Made by a program: the position numbers and the translations under genes
Assembly (NCBI GenBank): GCA_029882355.1
Contig: JAOUKV010000009.1
Coordinates: forward strand, 14,807-78,806
DNA: 64,000 bases
Reading direction: 5' to 3'
Source: Gammaproteobacteria bacterium
GTDB lineage: Bacteria > Pseudomonadota > Gammaproteobacteria > SZUA-229
The notes under the pieces: generated by a model
Told to the model about the DNA's origin: nothing
Database searches by the model: none
The model's input: the letters and a program-made list of their open reading frames with translations, nothing else
Shown: piece by piece, positions 61,054-64,000 of the stretch
Layout: each line of letters opens with the position of its first letter
Numbering within the stretch: the first letter of the stretch is position 1

Positions 61054-63375
61054 TTAGTCACCAAACAATCTACGAAACCAGCCGAACGAAGAACCTTCGG
61101 TACACTCGGCCTCGGTCTCAGGCTCGGAGCCTTTAATAAAGGGCAATTCTATCGCATTTTCACAGTCTTTCCCCGATAGAAGTCCAGATTCGCCGTCAAT
61201 CCACTGCATGGTAATATTATCCGGCATTAATACCTCAAAGGACCTTGATGAAATAGAACGCATTAATTTTGACCAGATCCGCAGCGCACCTGAGGCCCCG
61301 GTTAAACCAGAGCTGCGATTATCATCATAACCAGTCCAGACTACTGCCACAGCATCTCCGGAAAAACCTGCAAACCAGCTATCTCTTAAGTCATCAGAAG
61401 TTCCGGTTTTACCCGCCACCTTGATATCCAGCTCATGAGCGAGTCTTTTTGCAGTACCCTCCTCTGCGATCCCCAGCATACTGTGGTTAATCAGGGCAAC
61501 GACTTCTGGCGAGACTTCACGGGCCACATCAACCGGATAACGCTTCAAGGTCTGGCCGTCTTTATCTAATACTGCAACAACACTTTTAAGGGGGCTGTGA
61601 AATCCACTGGCAGCAAAGGTCTGATAAATTGACGCCACATCAAAGGGTGACATATCTACGGCGCCTAGGGTCATCGATGGATAGGGGGGCAAGCGACTAT
61701 GATTGCCTAATTGCTGAATGGTCTTGCTAATTTCACCCAGACCAACATCAAGTCCTAATCGTGCTGCGGGAATATTGTAGGACTTGAGCAATGCCTCATA
61801 TAAGGTCACCTTGCCATGATATTTGTGATCATAGTTTTCCGGCTCCCATATCTGTTTATCATCACCAACAACCCGTAAACGTGAATCATCAATCAAACTA
61901 GCCAGGGTATATTTATTGCTTTGTTTTAACGCAGATAGATAAATGGCAGGCTTAATCAAAGAACCAATATGACGCTGAATATCAAGGGATCGATTAAAAC
62001 CGGGATAATCGGGTTGACGGTCACCCACCATAGCTAAAACTTCGCCATTATTTGGTGAGACGACTATAGCGGCAACCTGCAACTCCTTATCTCTGGATAG
62101 CTGAGGCATAACAGTGAGCACTGCCTGTTCCGTTTGATGCTGGACATAAGGGTCAAACGCCGTAAAAATGCGTAAGCCTTCTGACTTTAAATCGTCTGAG
62201 TTATAGGTGATTTTTAATTGTCGCTTAACAAGATCAAGATAAGCAGGATAACGCACACGTTTTACATGGCGTGCGATTTTTATTTTTTTGGAAGATAAGC
62301 TTCTAAACTGCTCAGTCGTTATCAAACCATTATCATGAATGGTCGAAAGCACCACATCCCTTCTTTCTTTGGCACGCTCCGGATTTCTAACAGGATTGTA
62401 ATAGGATGCACCTTTAACCATGCCAACCAGCAATGCCATTTCATCTAAAGCCAGTTGATGTAAAGGCTTACCAAAATAATACAAACTCGACAGGCCAAAA
62501 CCATGGATAGCCCGCTCCTGATCCTGACCCAGGTATATTTCATTTAGATATGTTTCAAGAATTTTTTCTTTGTCATATTGCAGATCCAGCAATATCGCCA
62601 TTACCGCTTCATTAGCTTTACGCCATAGATTCTGCTTAGGCGTTAAAAATAAATTCTTAACTAGCTGCTGCGTTATGGTACTGCCACCCTGTACCGTTCG
62701 GCCGGCTTTTATATTTGCGACAAAAGCTCTTGCAATCGATCTGACATCAACACCCGGGTGCTCATAGAAGCGTCGATCCTCAATCATTACCAGCATCGCT
62801 ATTAGCTCTTCTGGTATTTCTTCCAATCTAACCAGTTCTCTGTCTTCACCATGAGAGGGAAATATTCCTGCAAGGTAAGCAGGATCAAACCTGACCAACG
62901 CCAGAGAATCATTACTGCTTAAATCGATAAGATTAGAAATTTTATGACCTGATATCTCAACACGTATTGATCGGCTGATTTCTTCACCATCCCAGTACTC
63001 AAAGCCGCGAGTTACAATATCAAATCTATTTGAAGATCGCTGGTACTGCCCTGGCTCTAATGTTGTCGAATCTTCAGAGGAATAATTCAGCATGTCCAGC
63101 TCGATCTGCAACTGCGCAGGCGTTAATGTCATACCCTCATACAATTCCAGTGGACGAGCATAGACTCGGGCAGGCAATTGCCAGATTCTTCCTTCAAATT
63201 TACTGATTATTTTTATATCCAGATAAACCAGATATACAACACTAACGACAAGGATAAATAAAAAAAACTTTAGATATCTACGTTTTTGCTGTGGCTTTGA
63301 CTTTCTCGATGGAGAGCGACTGACAACTGTTTTTGGCTTATTCTTTTTACTGCTTTGATTTCTTTTTTTTGGCAT
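61054..63375 (-). CDS. mrcB: Penicillin-binding protein 1B
   Basis: UB2H region (ARVYARPLEL), EDRRFYEH, QGGSTITQQLVKN, S.IK, SYN, GKTG. Confidence 0.97.
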   Translation of the reverse strand: MPKKRNQSSKKNKPKTVVSRSPSRKSKPQQKRRYLKFFLFILVVSVVYLVYLDIKIISKFEGRIWQLPARVYARPLELYEGMTLTPAQLQIELDMLNYSSEDSTTLEPGQYQRSSNRFDIVTRGFEYWDGEEISRSIRVEISGHKISNLIDLSSNDSLALVRFDPAYLAGIFPSHGEDRELVRLEEIPEELIAMLVMIEDRRFYEHPGVDVRSIARAFVANIKAGRTVQGGSTITQQLVKNLFLTPKQNLWRKANEAVMAILLDLQYDKEKILETYLNEIYLGQDQERAIHGFGLSSLYYFGKPLHQLALDEMALLVGMVKGASYYNPVRNPERAKERRDVVLSTIHDNGLITTEQFRSLSSKKIKIARHVKRVRYPAYLDLVKRQLKITYNSDDLKSEGLRIFTAFDPYVQHQTEQAVLTVMPQLSRDKELQVAAIVVSPNNGEVLAMVGDRQPDYPGFNRSLDIQRHIGSLIKPAIYLSALKQSNKYTLASLIDDSRLRVVGDDKQIWEPENYDHKYHGKVTLYEALLKSYNIPAARLGLDVGLGEISKTIQQLGNHSRLPPYPSMTLGAVDMSPFDVASIYQTFAASGFHSPLKSVVAVLDKDGQTLKRYPVDVAREVSPEVVALINHSMLGIAEEGTAKRLAHELDIKVAGKTGTSDDLRDSWFAGFSGDAVAVVWTGYDDNRSSGLTGASGALRIWSKLMRSISSRSFEVLMPDNITMQWIDGESGLLSGKDCENAIELPFIKGSEPETEAECTEGSSFGWFRRLFGD

Positions 63376-63447
63376 AGAGGGCAGTCATAGTTTTCACATA
63401 ATTATGACTAATTATACAGCCTTATCCCTAAGGCTACCTGTTAACTA

Positions 63448-64000
63448 TTAACGACAGGTTGAGAGAAAACGAGCAGATTTGCCTTTGCAGGGATCAGCCT
63501 CAAATTTGGATTCTTTTTCTTTTTTTCTTTTCTGTTCAGCCTTCTTTTTCAGTAAAGCCTGTTTTTCAAGTTCTGCTTCTACTTTAGCTTGTTTCTCAGC
63601 TTCAATTTGTTGTTGTTTAGATTTATTATCTTCTTGCTTAGCCGCTGCCTCAATGGCTTTTTTCTTTTTATCTGCTATTTCTTTTTTCTCTTTCTGGGTA
63701 TTTTTCATCTTTGCAGCTTCGGCTTTTAATCGTTTCTCCTCTGCAGCTTTCTCGCTTTCTGCCTGGGCAGCCATTTCTTTAGCCTTACGCTGTTTTTTCT
63801 CATCACGGTCTTTCGCTAGTGCCTTTTGCTTCCTTTCTCTAACCAGGATCGCTTCTCTTTCGGCTTCGAGAACGCCTACAAATGTCGCCTTATTTAGCCA
63901 ATCTAGTGCTTTATCAAAATTTGATTTTACACCCACACCATGAGCATACATTTTACCTACATAGTACATAGCCTGTGAGTTACCATCTGCAGCCTTTGTT
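63448..64000 (-). CDS. Sel1-like repeat protein with charged coiled coil (5' end outside the window)
   Basis: AMYYVGKMYAHGVGVKSNFDKALDWLNKA Sel1 repeat; K/E/A-rich helix; C-terminal ADPCKGKSARFLSTCR. Confidence 0.82.
   Translation of the reverse strand, partial: TKAADGNSQAMYYVGKMYAHGVGVKSNFDKALDWLNKATFVGVLEAEREAILVRERKQKALAKDRDEKKQRKAKEMAAQAESEKAAEEKRLKAEAAKMKNTQKEKKEIADKKKKAIEAAAKQEDNKSKQQQIEAEKQAKVEAELEKQALLKKKAEQKRKKEKESKFEADPCKGKSARFLSTCR

Overview
A 64-kb stretch of core chromosome from a gammaproteobacterium, mostly encoded on the minus strand. It holds: the rpsB-tsf-pyrH-frr-uppS-cdsA-dxr-rseP-bamA-skp-lpxD-fabZ-lpxA cluster; divergent map-glnD-dapE followed by a small membrane protein and a two-RCK K+ channel; tRNA-Arg(CCT)-ppiB-lpxH; the gyrA-serC-serA-pheA-hisC-tyrA-aroA-cmk-rpsA-ihfB-lapB-pyrF supraoperon; a multi-PAS GGDEF-EAL protein; sdhCDAB-sdhE with ygfX and divergent ygfZ; prfB-lysS; and mrcB-lpoP-yoaA-tsaB. 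Two small accessory islets are bordered by GTAG-type REP-like palindromes and their relics. One is a ParD-like/zeta-like toxin-antitoxin pair. The other is mscS plus a rimB-rimK-M14 deacylase operon. Most notable observations: (1) prfB has a second, non-programmed 1-nt deletion exactly in the SPF stop-recognition motif, in addition to its canonical +1 frameshift; (2) ribosomal protein S2 carries a histone H1-like AAPKKK-repeat tail; (3) an ICMT-family methyltransferase plus Kdo/RIO-like kinase gene pair; (4) the MscS-RimB-RimK-deacylase module; (5) a perfect operator palindrome over the TA promoter. All family assignments come from recognising motifs by eye; no searches were run.
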